This document shows positions 20,464 to 30,020 of a DNA stretch of 64,000 nucleotides, in pieces. Source of the DNA: an uncultured delta proteobacterium (GTDB taxonomy: Bacteria; Myxococcota_A; UBA9160; SMWR01). The notes under the pieces are model-generated. The model had not been told where the DNA came from. It ran no database searches and was given only the letters and a program-made list of their open reading frames with translations. Every line of letters begins with the position of its first letter. Position 1 is the first letter of the stretch. Made by a program: the position numbers and the translations under genes. The DNA lies in NCBI GenBank assembly GCA_963832165.1, contig CAWHTE010000001.1, forward strand, positions 736,001 through 800,000, written 5' to 3'.

Positions 20464-22424
20464 GTGACACCGGTGGATTCGAAACGCGAGTTGTGGTGCT
20501 CGCCCCGACCGGTAGGGACGGGGAGCTGATTCGATCCGTCCTGGGCAAGGCCGAAATCGCGTCGGAGACCTGCGCCGACGTGGCTTCACTGTGCCGCGCG
20601 ATCGCCTCGGGTGCGGGTGCGGTGCTCCTGGCCGAGGAGGTGATCACCGGCGGCATGCCCGATTCGCTGATGGCGTGCTTCGCCGAACAGCCACCGTGGT
20701 CCGACCTGCCGATCCTCGTTCTCACCGAGCAAGGCGCCAGTTCCCCTGCGGCGCACCGGGCGATGGCTGATCTCGGGAACGTGACGTTGCTCGAGCGCCC
20801 GATCCGCGTGGCGGCGCTCGTGAGCAACGTGCGCTTCGCGTTGCGCGCGCGGCAGCGGCAATACCAGATCCGATCCCACCTCAGTGCCGTGGAGGAGGCT
20901 GCCAAGACGAGTGCGCGCCTCGCGGCCATCGTCGAGTCGTCGGATGACGCGATCGTGAGCAAGACACTCGACGGCGTGATCACCTCGTGGAACTCCGGCG
21001 CGGAGCGGCTCTTCGAGTACTCGGCGGAGGAGGCGATCGGCCAACCGATCCTGCTGATCATTCCGCCGGACAAGGCCGAAGAGGAGCAGTGGATCCTCCG
21101 CCGGCTGCGGCAGAACATTCCCGTCCAAAACTACGAAACCGAGCGCCTCGCCAAGTCCGGCCGCCGGGTCGACGTCTCGGTGAGCGTCTCGCCGCTACGC
21201 GACGCGAGTGGCCGCGTCGTGGGGGCTTCGAAAGTCGCGCGCGACATCGGCGCCCGCAAGCGCGCCGATGCCGCGCTCAAGGAGGCGGACCGGCGCAAGG
21301 ACGAGTTCCTCGCCACGCTCGCGCACGAGCTGCGCAATCCGCTCGCGCCGATCCGGACGTCGCTGCACATCCTGGAGCTCGCGAAGTCCAACGGCGCCAT
21401 CGACCCTGCGCTCGCCCCGACGCTCGAGATCATGGACCGGCAGGTCGATCACATCGTGCGGCTGGTCGACGACCTCCTGGAAGTCTCGCGCATCACCCGC
21501 GGCAAGATCGAGTTCCGACCCGAGACCGTCGAGCTCGACTCGGTGATCGAGAGCGCCGTCGAGACGAGCCGTCCGCTGATCGACGCGGCCCGCCACGAGC
21601 TGATCGTCGAGATTCCGCGCAAGAACCTGACTCTGGAAGCGGATCCGGTTCGCCTGAGCCAGGTATTCGCCAATCTGCTGAACAACGCGGCCAAGTACAC
21701 CGAGGAAGGTGGAACGATCTGGCTGACGGTGAGCGAAGAGAACTCCCACGTGCGGGTCGCCGTTCGCGATACGGGCGTCGGGATCGACGCCGAGATGCTC
21801 CCGCGCATCTTCGAGATGTTCTCGCAGGCCGATAACCGGCCGGAAGGACGCGCTCCGGAGGGTCTGGGCATCGGGCTGTGGCTCGTGCAGAATCTCGTGG
21901 CGATGCACGGCGGCAGCGTCGGCGCGCGGAGCGGCGGAATCGGAATGGGCAGTGAGTTCGTCGTGCAGCTCCCGCGCGTGGCAGAGGCGCGAGCCTCCGC
22001 AGCCGAGCCACCCCGAGCGCGCTTCGTCGACGAGTCACTGTCCTGGTTGTCGGTGCTCGTCGTCGACGACAATCACGACGCTGCCGACAGCCTCGGCGCA
22101 CTGCTGCGATCGCTCGGCGCGAAAGTCCGGATTGCCTACGACGGTCCTTCCGCGCTGAAGCTCGTCGCGGAGGATCTGCCCGGCGTCGCGCTGCTCGACA
22201 TCGGGATGCCGGGCATGGACGGCTACGAGGTCGCGCGACGGATTCGGGAAGAGCCCCAGTATCGGGACGTCACGCTGATCGCGCTCACGGGGTGGGGTCA
22301 GGAAAAGGATCGCCTGCGCGCGGAGCAGGCCGGGTTGGACCACCACATCGGCAAGCCCGCCAAGGTGGCCGAGCTCCAGGAGCTGATGCTCTCGATCCGC
22401 CGCGATCGGGCCGCGACCGAATGA
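20460..22424 (+). CDS. Hybrid sensor histidine kinase (degenerate REC, PAS, HisKA, HATPase, REC)
   Basis: AIVESSDDAI, LAHELRNPLAPI, NLLNNAAKYT, GLGIGL, LLDIGMPGMDG; ATGA overlap with the KaiC-like gene. Confidence 0.92.
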   Translation: MSDTGGFETRVVVLAPTGRDGELIRSVLGKAEIASETCADVASLCRAIASGAGAVLLAEEVITGGMPDSLMACFAEQPPWSDLPILVLTEQGASSPAAHRAMADLGNVTLLERPIRVAALVSNVRFALRARQRQYQIRSHLSAVEEAAKTSARLAAIVESSDDAIVSKTLDGVITSWNSGAERLFEYSAEEAIGQPILLIIPPDKAEEEQWILRRLRQNIPVQNYETERLAKSGRRVDVSVSVSPLRDASGRVVGASKVARDIGARKRADAALKEADRRKDEFLATLAHELRNPLAPIRTSLHILELAKSNGAIDPALAPTLEIMDRQVDHIVRLVDDLLEVSRITRGKIEFRPETVELDSVIESAVETSRPLIDAARHELIVEIPRKNLTLEADPVRLSQVFANLLNNAAKYTEEGGTIWLTVSEENSHVRVAVRDTGVGIDAEMLPRIFEMFSQADNRPEGRAPEGLGIGLWLVQNLVAMHGGSVGARSGGIGMGSEFVVQLPRVAEARASAAEPPRARFVDESLSWLSVLVVDDNHDAADSLGALLRSLGAKVRIAYDGPSALKLVAEDLPGVALLDIGMPGMDGYEVARRIREEPQYRDVTLIALTGWGQEKDRLRAEQAGLDHHIGKPAKVAELQELMLSIRRDRAATE

Positions 22425-22457
22425 ACTAGCGCGCGCCAGCGCAGCGTCGAACCCAGA

Positions 22458-23066
22458 TCACTCGCCCGACATCTCGCGCACGAGCGTCTTCTTGAGCAGA
22501 TCGAGCTCGGCGCCCTGGATCGGCTCGACGGCGCGGCGCAGCATCGCGAGCGCGGCCATGCCGGAGACGACCGAGATCGAGAACGCCTGCAGCGCGACCA
22601 TCCTGCGCCGCGGCAGCTCCACGTCGGCGAAGATCTTCGACCAGACGCGATTCCACGCGCCCAGCATCTCGGTCTGCCAGACCGGGACGCCGTTCGTCTC
22701 GCTCGTGTGGTTGAGCAGAATCTCGAACGTGGAGCGATAGGCGGGGCTGCCGAAGTGCTCCCAGGCGATGTCGACGAATGCCGAGACGCGCTCGGCGAGC
22801 GACGCGCCCTCGGTAGGCACGGCCGCGAGGCGCTCCGCGAAGCGGTCGAACGATTCCTCCAACACCGCGGTGAGGATTCCCTCCTTGCCGCCGAAGTGGT
22901 GTTGTACGGCGCCCCAGGTGACGCCCGCGCGCCGCGTGATCTCGTTGGCGGTCGTCTTCTGGAAGCCGATCTCGGCGATGCTCTCGACCACCGCACGCAC
23001 GATCCGCTCGCGCGTGGCGGCGGTGCGCTCGGCCTGGGTGCGGCGGATGGATCGGGCTTGGGACAC
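22458..23066 (-). CDS. TetR/AcrR family regulator
   Basis: RTQAERTAATRERI...EITRRAGVTWGAVQHHFGGKEG helix-turn-helix. Confidence 0.88.
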   Translation of the reverse strand: MSQARSIRRTQAERTAATRERIVRAVVESIAEIGFQKTTANEITRRAGVTWGAVQHHFGGKEGILTAVLEESFDRFAERLAAVPTEGASLAERVSAFVDIAWEHFGSPAYRSTFEILLNHTSETNGVPVWQTEMLGAWNRVWSKIFADVELPRRRMVALQAFSISVVSGMAALAMLRRAVEPIQGAELDLLKKTLVREMSGE

Positions 23067-23083
23067 GCGACGGCAGGCTAGCG

Positions 23084-23111
23084 CATTTCCATTGCGCGCA
23101 CAATGTAAATG
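23084..23111. promoter_or_regulatory. Imperfect 28-bp palindrome, candidate TetR operator
   Basis: CATTTCCATTG-CGCGCA-CAATGTAAATG in the short gap between the divergent tetR and P450 genes. Confidence 0.6.
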
Positions 23112-23144
23112 AGATAGCGTCCCGAAACGCGCAGAGAGTGATCC

Positions 23145-24332
23145 ATGCCGCCGGCGGACGTCGAGTACAACCCCTACGCCTATCAGATCCACGAGGATCC
23201 GTACCCGACCTATGCCGCGCTGCGCGAGGCTGCGCCCGTCTACCGCAACGACGCGCTCGACTTCTGGGCGCTGTCGCGTCACGCCGATGTCCTCGCGGCG
23301 TTTCGGGACACCGGGCGCTTCTCGAACGACCACGGGGTATCGCTCGATCCGGAGTCGTGGGGCGAGTACGCGTCGGCGGGCACATCGTTTCTCGCGTTCG
23401 ATCCGCCGCGCCACACGCGCGTGCGCGGGCTGGTCTCGAAGGGCTTCACGCCGCGCCGCATCGCCGCGCTCGAAAAGAGCATCCGCGACATGTCGGTCGC
23501 CTATCTCGATCCGCTCGTCGGCGCGGGCCGCTTCGACTTCATCGACGAGCTCGCGGGCAAGGTACCGATGGACGTGATCAGCGAGATGCTCGGCGTGCCG
23601 CGCGCCGACCGCGCCGAGCTGCGCCGCCGCGCGGATCTGCTCGTGCACCGCGAAGAGGGCCACATGGGCGTGCCGCCCGAGGGCGTCGAGGCGTTCGGGT
23701 GGATCCGCAGCTATTTCCGCGCGCTGCTCGCCGAGCGCCGCGCGCGGCCGGGTGACGACCTGCTCTCGGTGTTGCTCGAGGTCGAGTCGGACGGCGAGCG
23801 GCTCGACGAGGGGGAGATCCTCTCGTTCGCGAATCTGATGATCGTGGCCGGTAACGAGACCACCACGAAGATGCTCGCGAACGCGATCTACTGGCTGTGG
23901 CGGAACCCCGAGCAACGCGCGCTCGTGCGCGAGGCGCCCGGGCAGCGGATTCCGGGCTGGGTCGAGGAGACGCTGCGCTTCGACAACTCCACGCAGATGC
24001 TCGCGCGCCGCGTCGCGGCCGACATCGAGCTGCACGGAGTCCGGCTGCGCGCGGGCGACCGCGCGCTGCTGCTCGTGGGCTCGGCGAATCGCGACGAGCG
24101 CGTGTTCGAGCGCGCGGACGAGTACGACATCCTGCGCGACACGACCCAGAGCGTGGCGTTCGGTCGCGGCGTGCACTTCTGTCTGGGCGCGGCGCTCGCG
24201 CGCCTCGAGGGCCGCGTGGTGCTCGAGGAGTGGTGGCGGCGCTTCCCCGACTACGAGATCGAGCCCGCGGGTGCGGTGCGCGTGCATTCGATCAACGTGC
24301 GCGGCTTTGCCGCGCTGCCCGTGAAGGTCTGA
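23145..24332 (+). CDS. Cytochrome P450 (CYP123-like)
   Basis: DPPRHTRVR, AGNETT, EETLRF, FGRGVHFCLG. Confidence 0.9.
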   Translation: MPPADVEYNPYAYQIHEDPYPTYAALREAAPVYRNDALDFWALSRHADVLAAFRDTGRFSNDHGVSLDPESWGEYASAGTSFLAFDPPRHTRVRGLVSKGFTPRRIAALEKSIRDMSVAYLDPLVGAGRFDFIDELAGKVPMDVISEMLGVPRADRAELRRRADLLVHREEGHMGVPPEGVEAFGWIRSYFRALLAERRARPGDDLLSVLLEVESDGERLDEGEILSFANLMIVAGNETTTKMLANAIYWLWRNPEQRALVREAPGQRIPGWVEETLRFDNSTQMLARRVAADIELHGVRLRAGDRALLLVGSANRDERVFERADEYDILRDTTQSVAFGRGVHFCLGAALARLEGRVVLEEWWRRFPDYEIEPAGAVRVHSINVRGFAALPVKV

Positions 24333-24336
24333 CCCC

Positions 24337-25737
24337 ATGAGCGAAGCCTCTCCGCTGATCGGAACTCACGAATCGACGCACGTCGCCGCGAGCGCTCACG
24401 GCGGCAAGGCTCCGCCGCGGCTGTCGGGTGGTCTGCCGCTGCTCGGACACCTGCTCGAGCTGCGCCGGGCCCCGATCGAGCTGTTCTGGCGCGTGCGCCG
24501 CGAGTGCGGCGAGATCGGCGAGATGAACTGGGCCGGAAATCGCGTCGTGCTGCTCTCGGGCGAAGCAGCCCAGGAGGCGTTCTTCCGCGCCGAGGAGGAG
24601 CAGCTCGACCAGGCCGCGGCGTATCCGTTCATGACGCCGATCTTCGGACAGGGCGTGGTGTTCGACGGCACGCCCGAGCAGCGCCGCCAGGCGATGCGCA
24701 ACCAGTCGCTGCGCGACAAGATGATGCGCGGACACGCCGAGACGATCGCGGCCGAGACGCGCCGCATGATGGAGGGCCTCGGCGACGAGGGCGAGATCGA
24801 TCTGCTCGATTTCTTCTCCGAGCTCACGCTCTACACGTCGAGCGCGTGTCTGATCGGGCGCGAGTTCCGCGAGGAGCTCTCGTCCGAGTACTACCGCGTG
24901 TTCTACGAGCTCGAGAAGGGCACCGACGCGATCGCGTACGTCAACTCGCACCTGCCGCTGCCCGTGTTCCGGATCCGCGACCGCGCGCGCAGGCGGCTCG
25001 TCGAGCTGCTCACGGAAGTGTTCGAGCGCCGCGCCAAACGCGAGGGAGCACAGCGCGAGCTGTTCGACGTGTTGCTCTCCATCCGCGATGCCGAAGGCCG
25101 TCCGCGCTACACGATCGACCAGGTCACCGGGATGTTCATCTCGATGATGTTCGCGGGGCACCACACCACCTCGGGCACGGCCGCGTGGACGCTGATCGAG
25201 CTGCTGCGCAATCCGGGGGCGATGGAGAAGGTGCGCGCGGAGGTCGACGGGCTCTACGCCGACGGCCGCGAGGTGAGCTACCAGGCGCTGCGCGAGATCC
25301 CCGATCTCGAGGCCGGCATCAAGGAGTCGCTGCGGCTGCACCCGCCGCTGATCATCCTGATGCGCAAGGTCACCCACGACTTCCACTACAACGGCTTCAC
25401 GGTGCCGGCGGGCAAGCTCGTGGCGGTGTCCCCCGCGGTCTCGAACCGCATGCCCGAGTGCTTTCCGGATCCGGACCGCTTCGATCCCGCGCGCTACGAC
25501 GTGGGCCGCGAAGAGGACCGCCGCGTGATGGCGTGGATCCCGTTCGGCGCGGGGCGCCACCGCTGCGTGGGCGCCGCGTTCGCGATGATGCAGCTCAAGG
25601 CGATCTTCTCCGATCTGCTCTTGCGCTACGAGTTCGAGCTCTCGCAGCCGCCTGAGAGCTACTGCAACGATCACTCGAAGATGGTCGTGCAGCTGCGCCA
25701 GCCCTGCCGTGCGCGCTATCGACGCAGAATCGCGTAG
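24337..25737 (+). CDS. cyp51: Sterol 14-alpha-demethylase-type cytochrome P450 (CYP51)
   Basis: LDQAAAYPFMTPIFGQGVVFD, MMFAGHHTTSGT, KESLRLHPPLIILMR, PFGAGRHRCVG and NDHSKMVV closely resemble mycobacterial CYP51B1. Confidence 0.88.
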   Translation: MSEASPLIGTHESTHVAASAHGGKAPPRLSGGLPLLGHLLELRRAPIELFWRVRRECGEIGEMNWAGNRVVLLSGEAAQEAFFRAEEEQLDQAAAYPFMTPIFGQGVVFDGTPEQRRQAMRNQSLRDKMMRGHAETIAAETRRMMEGLGDEGEIDLLDFFSELTLYTSSACLIGREFREELSSEYYRVFYELEKGTDAIAYVNSHLPLPVFRIRDRARRRLVELLTEVFERRAKREGAQRELFDVLLSIRDAEGRPRYTIDQVTGMFISMMFAGHHTTSGTAAWTLIELLRNPGAMEKVRAEVDGLYADGREVSYQALREIPDLEAGIKESLRLHPPLIILMRKVTHDFHYNGFTVPAGKLVAVSPAVSNRMPECFPDPDRFDPARYDVGREEDRRVMAWIPFGAGRHRCVGAAFAMMQLKAIFSDLLLRYEFELSQPPESYCNDHSKMVVQLRQPCRARYRRRIA

Positions 25738-25766
25738 GGCGGGAGGAGCCGAAGGCGGATCCCGCC
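25734..25766 (+). repeat. GTAG-type REP (family A) providing the CYP51 stop codon
   Basis: GTAGGGCGGGAGGAGCCGAAGGCGGATCCCGCC, identical to 47721-47753. Confidence 0.85.
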
Positions 25767-25799
25767 GTTCCCGGACTGTTAGCACTCAGGAGGAAAAAG

Positions 25800-26360
25800 A
25801 TGCCCGCATTTCCGCGTCAAGAGCTCGAGGAGATGATCCGCCGCTGGGTGGCGGCGAACGACGAGGCCGGCCGCACCGGCGACTGGTCGCAGATGTCGCG
25901 CTTCTACACCGAGGACGCGATCTACACCTGGAACAACGGCCAGAACTGGGAATTCGTCGCGCGCGGCCGCAAACAGATCCACGAGTGGGCGTTCGGCACC
26001 GAGATGGCCGGCCTCGAGCACTGGGTCTATCCCTACGTGCGCACGATGATCGACGACCAGAAGGGCGAGATCCTCGGTGTCTGGCGCCAGATCGCACCCG
26101 ACAAGGACGCGGAGGGCAAGCCCTACGAGATCGCGGGCACGGGCGGCTCGTGGTTCCGCTATGCGGGCAACTTCCAGTGGGACTGGCAGCGAGACTTCTT
26201 CGACCACATCAACGCGGGCACGGTGTTTGGCGCGATGATGAAGAACAACCAGCTCAAGCCGAAGATGGTCGAGCGGCTCCAGAAGGGCTCGAAGATGCCC
26301 GGCTGGACCCGGCGCTCCGACTTCGACTGGTACGAGACGATCGCGAACCGGGAGGCCTGA
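25800..26360 (+). CDS. NTF2/SnoaL-like protein (Rv0762c-like)
   Basis: RWVAAN...GDW...FYTEDAIYTWN, EMAGLEHWVYPY, GGSWFRYAGNFQWDWQRDFFD; AGGAGG RBS. Confidence 0.8.
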   Translation: MPAFPRQELEEMIRRWVAANDEAGRTGDWSQMSRFYTEDAIYTWNNGQNWEFVARGRKQIHEWAFGTEMAGLEHWVYPYVRTMIDDQKGEILGVWRQIAPDKDAEGKPYEIAGTGGSWFRYAGNFQWDWQRDFFDHINAGTVFGAMMKNNQLKPKMVERLQKGSKMPGWTRRSDFDWYETIANREA

Positions 26361-26361
26361 C

Positions 26362-26733
26362 ATGGGCAACGATCGCCGCGAGCGCGGCGCCGAGATGATG
26401 AAGAAGGTCTATGCGGGCGACGTGATCGTGCCGCCCGAGGGCGCGGTCCCGTTCGCCGACATCATGCTCGAGCAGGTGTTCGCCGAGGTGTGGACGCGCC
26501 CCGTGCTCCCGGTGCGCGACCGGCGACTGCTCATCATGGGCGTGATCGCGTGCATGGGCGAGTCGATGACCTGGGGCATCCAGGCCAAGGCGGCGCTCAA
26601 GAATGGCGAGCTCACGCCCGAGCAGCTGCGCGAGTGTCTGATCCAGCTCGCGCAGTACGCGGGCTACCCGCGCGCGGCGGGTCTCATGGCCGTCACCGAG
26701 AAGACGATCGCGGAGTTCAAGAAGGGCGAGTAG
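26362..26733 (+). CDS. Carboxymuconolactone decarboxylase family protein
   Basis: VFAEVWTRP...RDRRLL, ALKNGELT, LAQYAGYPR. Confidence 0.85.
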   Translation: MGNDRRERGAEMMKKVYAGDVIVPPEGAVPFADIMLEQVFAEVWTRPVLPVRDRRLLIMGVIACMGESMTWGIQAKAALKNGELTPEQLRECLIQLAQYAGYPRAAGLMAVTEKTIAEFKKGE

Positions 26734-26759
26734 CGCGCGTCTCGACTATCGTCCTGCGC

Positions 26760-27140
26760 GTGAGGAGCGCCGGGCGGCTGCTAGTCGCGTGCCTTCTGGT
26801 CTCGGGCTGCGCCGTGGGCGAGGTGGCGAATCGTCGCACGCTCAACGAGCTCGATCACCACCTGACACCCTCTACCGCGACGGGGCGTTGGGCGGCTGCG
26901 CCGGTGGCGTTCCCCACCGCACTCGTGAGTCTCGCGGCGGACGCGTTCGTCGTGCACCCGAGCACGGTGTTCGACGACGCGTGGCGCGACACCCGAGATT
27001 GGCTCTGGACGCCGGATCCGTCCGAGTCGCGGTTTCGCCGTGCCGTCTTGTTCCCGGTGACCTTGCTGGCGACTCCCTTCGTGTATGTCGGCGACTGGCT
27101 GGCGCGCGCGGCGTTCGCGCTCGGCCCGAACGACTCGTGA
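26760..27140 (+). CDS. Hypothetical lipoprotein (paralogue 1)
   Basis: Lipobox LVSGC; shares motifs with the next gene. Confidence 0.65.
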   Translation: MRSAGRLLVACLLVSGCAVGEVANRRTLNELDHHLTPSTATGRWAAAPVAFPTALVSLAADAFVVHPSTVFDDAWRDTRDWLWTPDPSESRFRRAVLFPVTLLATPFVYVGDWLARAAFALGPNDS

Positions 27141-27961
27141 TCGTACGGGCGGTCTCGCGGGCTCTGCCGTTCGCCCTCGTTGCATGGGTGTGCGGCTGCG
27201 CCTGGACCAACCGCGACAACCGGCCGGTGTGGAACGCCTTCGAGGAACACCTCGTGCCGGAGGGCGACGCGGCCTTCTATGCCTCGTTGCCGCTGACGGT
27301 GCCCGCCGGCTTCGGTGCCATCGTTACCGACACCTTCGTGGTGCACCCGGTGCAGGTGATGGACGACGCCTGGTGCGATGCGGCAGACCTGTGGGACGAC
27401 CTCGACTGGCAGACGCAGTACTACACAGAGCTGGCGATTCTGCCGTTTCGCGGGGTGGCGACGCCGCTCGTGCTGGGAGGCTCGTTCCTCGCGCGCAGCG
27501 CCTTCGACATCGCGCCGTACGGCCGCAATGCGAGTGCGCGAGAGTTGCCGAAGCGGGCAGCACCCGCGGAGCCGTCTCTCGAGGAGAGGCAACTGGAAGC
27601 CCGCGCGCTGCTCGTCCGGGTGAGCGCGCGCGAAGATCATCGGCTGTTGATCAACACGTTGCGGCAACTGGAATGGCCTCCCTGGAGCCCGTCGCTGGAT
27701 CAGGCCTGGGAGCAGGCGATCACTCGGGGCAGCGCCGAGATGAGGCGTGAGCTGTTCGACATCGCGCGACGACACGAGCTCCCGCCGTGGCGCGCCGACC
27801 CGGTGCGCGGGCTGCGCGATTCGAGCGCGGTCGTGCGCTACCAGGAGCTGCGGGAGCTCCCGGCGGAAGTAACAGTGCCCCCCGATCTCTCCGCAGCGTT
27901 GCTGCGCGATCCGGAGGAGGCCGTGCGCGATCGCGCGCGCACGCGCTGGCCCGAGAACTGA
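27137..27961 (+). CDS. Hypothetical lipoprotein (paralogue 2) with a HEAT-like C-terminus
   Basis: Lipobox VCGC; GTGA overlap; repeats LRDSSAVVR and LRDPEEAVR. Confidence 0.65.
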   Translation: MIVRAVSRALPFALVAWVCGCAWTNRDNRPVWNAFEEHLVPEGDAAFYASLPLTVPAGFGAIVTDTFVVHPVQVMDDAWCDAADLWDDLDWQTQYYTELAILPFRGVATPLVLGGSFLARSAFDIAPYGRNASARELPKRAAPAEPSLEERQLEARALLVRVSAREDHRLLINTLRQLEWPPWSPSLDQAWEQAITRGSAEMRRELFDIARRHELPPWRADPVRGLRDSSAVVRYQELRELPAEVTVPPDLSAALLRDPEEAVRDRARTRWPEN

Positions 27962-27980
27962 GCTGCGGCGCGATCGCCGG

Positions 27981-28601
27981 CTACCGCCACGCGAACACGG
28001 GCTGCTCGTAGTGCGCGACGCGCGTCGCGTCGCCGCGCATCGCGACCTCGCGCAGCTGGAACAGGATCGCCGCGGTCGGCGCGTGGATGTGCGTGCCGAG
28101 CAGCGGGATCGAGATCACGGGCCGGTCGCTCTCGGGGATCTGGCGCAGACGCGGGACGTCGGGCCGCTCGAGCTCGGCGAGCGGAACGCGGTAGGCGATC
28201 GCCACCTCGTCGGGATTCGGCGCGAGCGCGGCGTCGGCGCCTGCCCACACCACGACCGGCGTGATGCAGTAGCCCGAGCGCGTCGGATAGTCGTCGAGCA
28301 GACCGAGCACCGCCTCGGGGTCGAGCGCGAGTCCGACCTCCTCGCGCAGCTCGCGCAGCGCCGCGACGGCGGGCGTCTCGCCGGGGTCGATCCGACCGCC
28401 CGGCAGCGCCCACTGCCCCTGGTGCGCCTTGAGCTTCGCGGCGCGGCGCGTGAGCACGAAGCTCGGGGCGCCCTCGTCGCCCGGCAAGAGCGCGAGCGCG
28501 ACCGCCGCCGCGCGCAGGCCATCGCGCGCGTGGGTGTGGCGCTCGAAGCGCGCGAGATGGGTGCGCACGCGATCTCGTAGCAGGGGGTCGTAGGAGTGCA
28601 C
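27981..28601 (-). CDS. Nudix CoA pyrophosphatase
   Basis: HQGQWALPGGRID...ALRELREEVG; PNPDEV. Confidence 0.88.
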   Translation of the reverse strand: MHSYDPLLRDRVRTHLARFERHTHARDGLRAAAVALALLPGDEGAPSFVLTRRAAKLKAHQGQWALPGGRIDPGETPAVAALRELREEVGLALDPEAVLGLLDDYPTRSGYCITPVVVWAGADAALAPNPDEVAIAYRVPLAELERPDVPRLRQIPESDRPVISIPLLGTHIHAPTAAILFQLREVAMRGDATRVAHYEQPVFAWR

Positions 28602-28651
28602 GCGGCGCAGGATAGCTTCCGTTAGAGAAGGGGAGTGGCGGCTGAACGCGC

Positions 28652-29566
28652 GTGCCGCAAGACTCGCTTCCCGTGCTCGAAGACGTCACCCGCCGACGGC
28701 TCGCGTTCCCCGAACGCGGCGTGGAGATCGCGCTGCTCGACTGGGGCGGATCCGGTCCGCTCGCGCTGCTCCACCACGCGAACGGTTTCTGCGCGGCGAC
28801 GCTCGATCTCGTCGCGCGGCCGTTGCGCTCGCACTTCCGCGTGATCGGCATGGACGCGCGCGGCCACGGCGACTCGTCGCGCCCCGTCGGCGAGAGCGCC
28901 TACGCGTGGCGCGAGTTCGGCGCCGACCTCGCCGCGGTGGCGCGCGTGCTCGCCGCGGAAGACGGCGGCCGCATTGCTCTCGGGCTCGGCCACTCGTTCG
29001 GCGGCACGTCGATGCTGCTCGCGGCCGCCGAAGAGCCCGCGCTGTTCGAGCGGCTCGTGCTGATCGACCCGGTACTGCACGCGCCGCAGGCAGCGAAGAG
29101 CTGGGACCCGGAGCGACTCGCGCGCGCGGGCTCGCTCGTCGAGCGTGCGTCGCGCCGGCGTTCGGTATTCCCCGACCGCGCCGCGGCGCGCGAGAACTGG
29201 CGCGACAAGGAGCTCTTCGCGGACTGGGACCCGCGCGCATTCGATCTCTACCTCGCGGAGGGGATGGCCGACCGCCCCGACGGCCAGGTCGAGCTCAAGT
29301 GCTCGCCCGAGACTGAATCGGCGGTGTACGCCGCGGGTCCGACCACCGACGTGTGGGAGCGCATCGAGAAGATCGCGGTGCCGACGCTCATGATCTGGGC
29401 GGAGCACGGAGACTTCCCGCGCAGTGTGTTCGCCAGCTATGCGGCGCGCATGGAGAACGCGCAGATCCAGGAGATCGACGCGGGCCATCTCGTACCGATG
29501 GAGCGCCCAGAGATCGTCGTCGACGCGATCCTTGCGTTCACGGGGCGTCAGACTTCGACGGGGTAG
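28652..29566 (+). CDS. Alpha/beta hydrolase
   Basis: HANGF, DARGHG, GHSFGG, GHLVPME. Confidence 0.88.
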   Translation: MPQDSLPVLEDVTRRRLAFPERGVEIALLDWGGSGPLALLHHANGFCAATLDLVARPLRSHFRVIGMDARGHGDSSRPVGESAYAWREFGADLAAVARVLAAEDGGRIALGLGHSFGGTSMLLAAAEEPALFERLVLIDPVLHAPQAAKSWDPERLARAGSLVERASRRRSVFPDRAAARENWRDKELFADWDPRAFDLYLAEGMADRPDGQVELKCSPETESAVYAAGPTTDVWERIEKIAVPTLMIWAEHGDFPRSVFASYAARMENAQIQEIDAGHLVPMERPEIVVDAILAFTGRQTSTG

Positions 29567-29952
29567 CCGCGCTCGGTCCAGCCGGTCCAGCCCTCCGCCA
29601 TCGAGACCACGTTCGTGAAGCCCATCTGCACGAGCGTCGAGGTCGCGAGCGCGCTGCGATGTCCGCCGCCGCAGTAGAGCACCATCTTTCGCGCGCGATC
29701 CTCGAACCACGGGTCGCGCTTGTAGTGCTCGAGGTCGGCGCGCACCTCGAGGAAGCCGCGCGGCGAGCTGCGCGCGCCGGGCAGGTGGCCCGCCGCGAAC
29801 TCGTCGGGCTCGCGCACGTCGACGAAGTGCCAGCCCTCGCGCCCGGGCGCCCGGAGCCGGCGCAGCGCCTCCTCGGGCGCGATCACCTCGATGTGGCTCA
29901 GCGCCTCGCCGACGAAGTCGGCCAGCGCACGCGGGGGCTTCGCATCCGTCAC
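29548..29952 (-). CDS. Rhodanese-like protein
   Basis: DVREPDEFAAGHLPG, YCGGGHRS. Confidence 0.88.
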   Translation of the reverse strand: MTDAKPPRALADFVGEALSHIEVIAPEEALRRLRAPGREGWHFVDVREPDEFAAGHLPGARSSPRGFLEVRADLEHYKRDPWFEDRARKMVLYCGGGHRSALATSTLVQMGFTNVVSMAEGWTGWTERGYPVEV

Positions 29953-30020
29953 GTTCGGAAGCTTACCCGTCGCAAAGCGCTCCGACTCGGAGGTAGGATG
30001 GCGCCCGGAGGCCCGAAACC

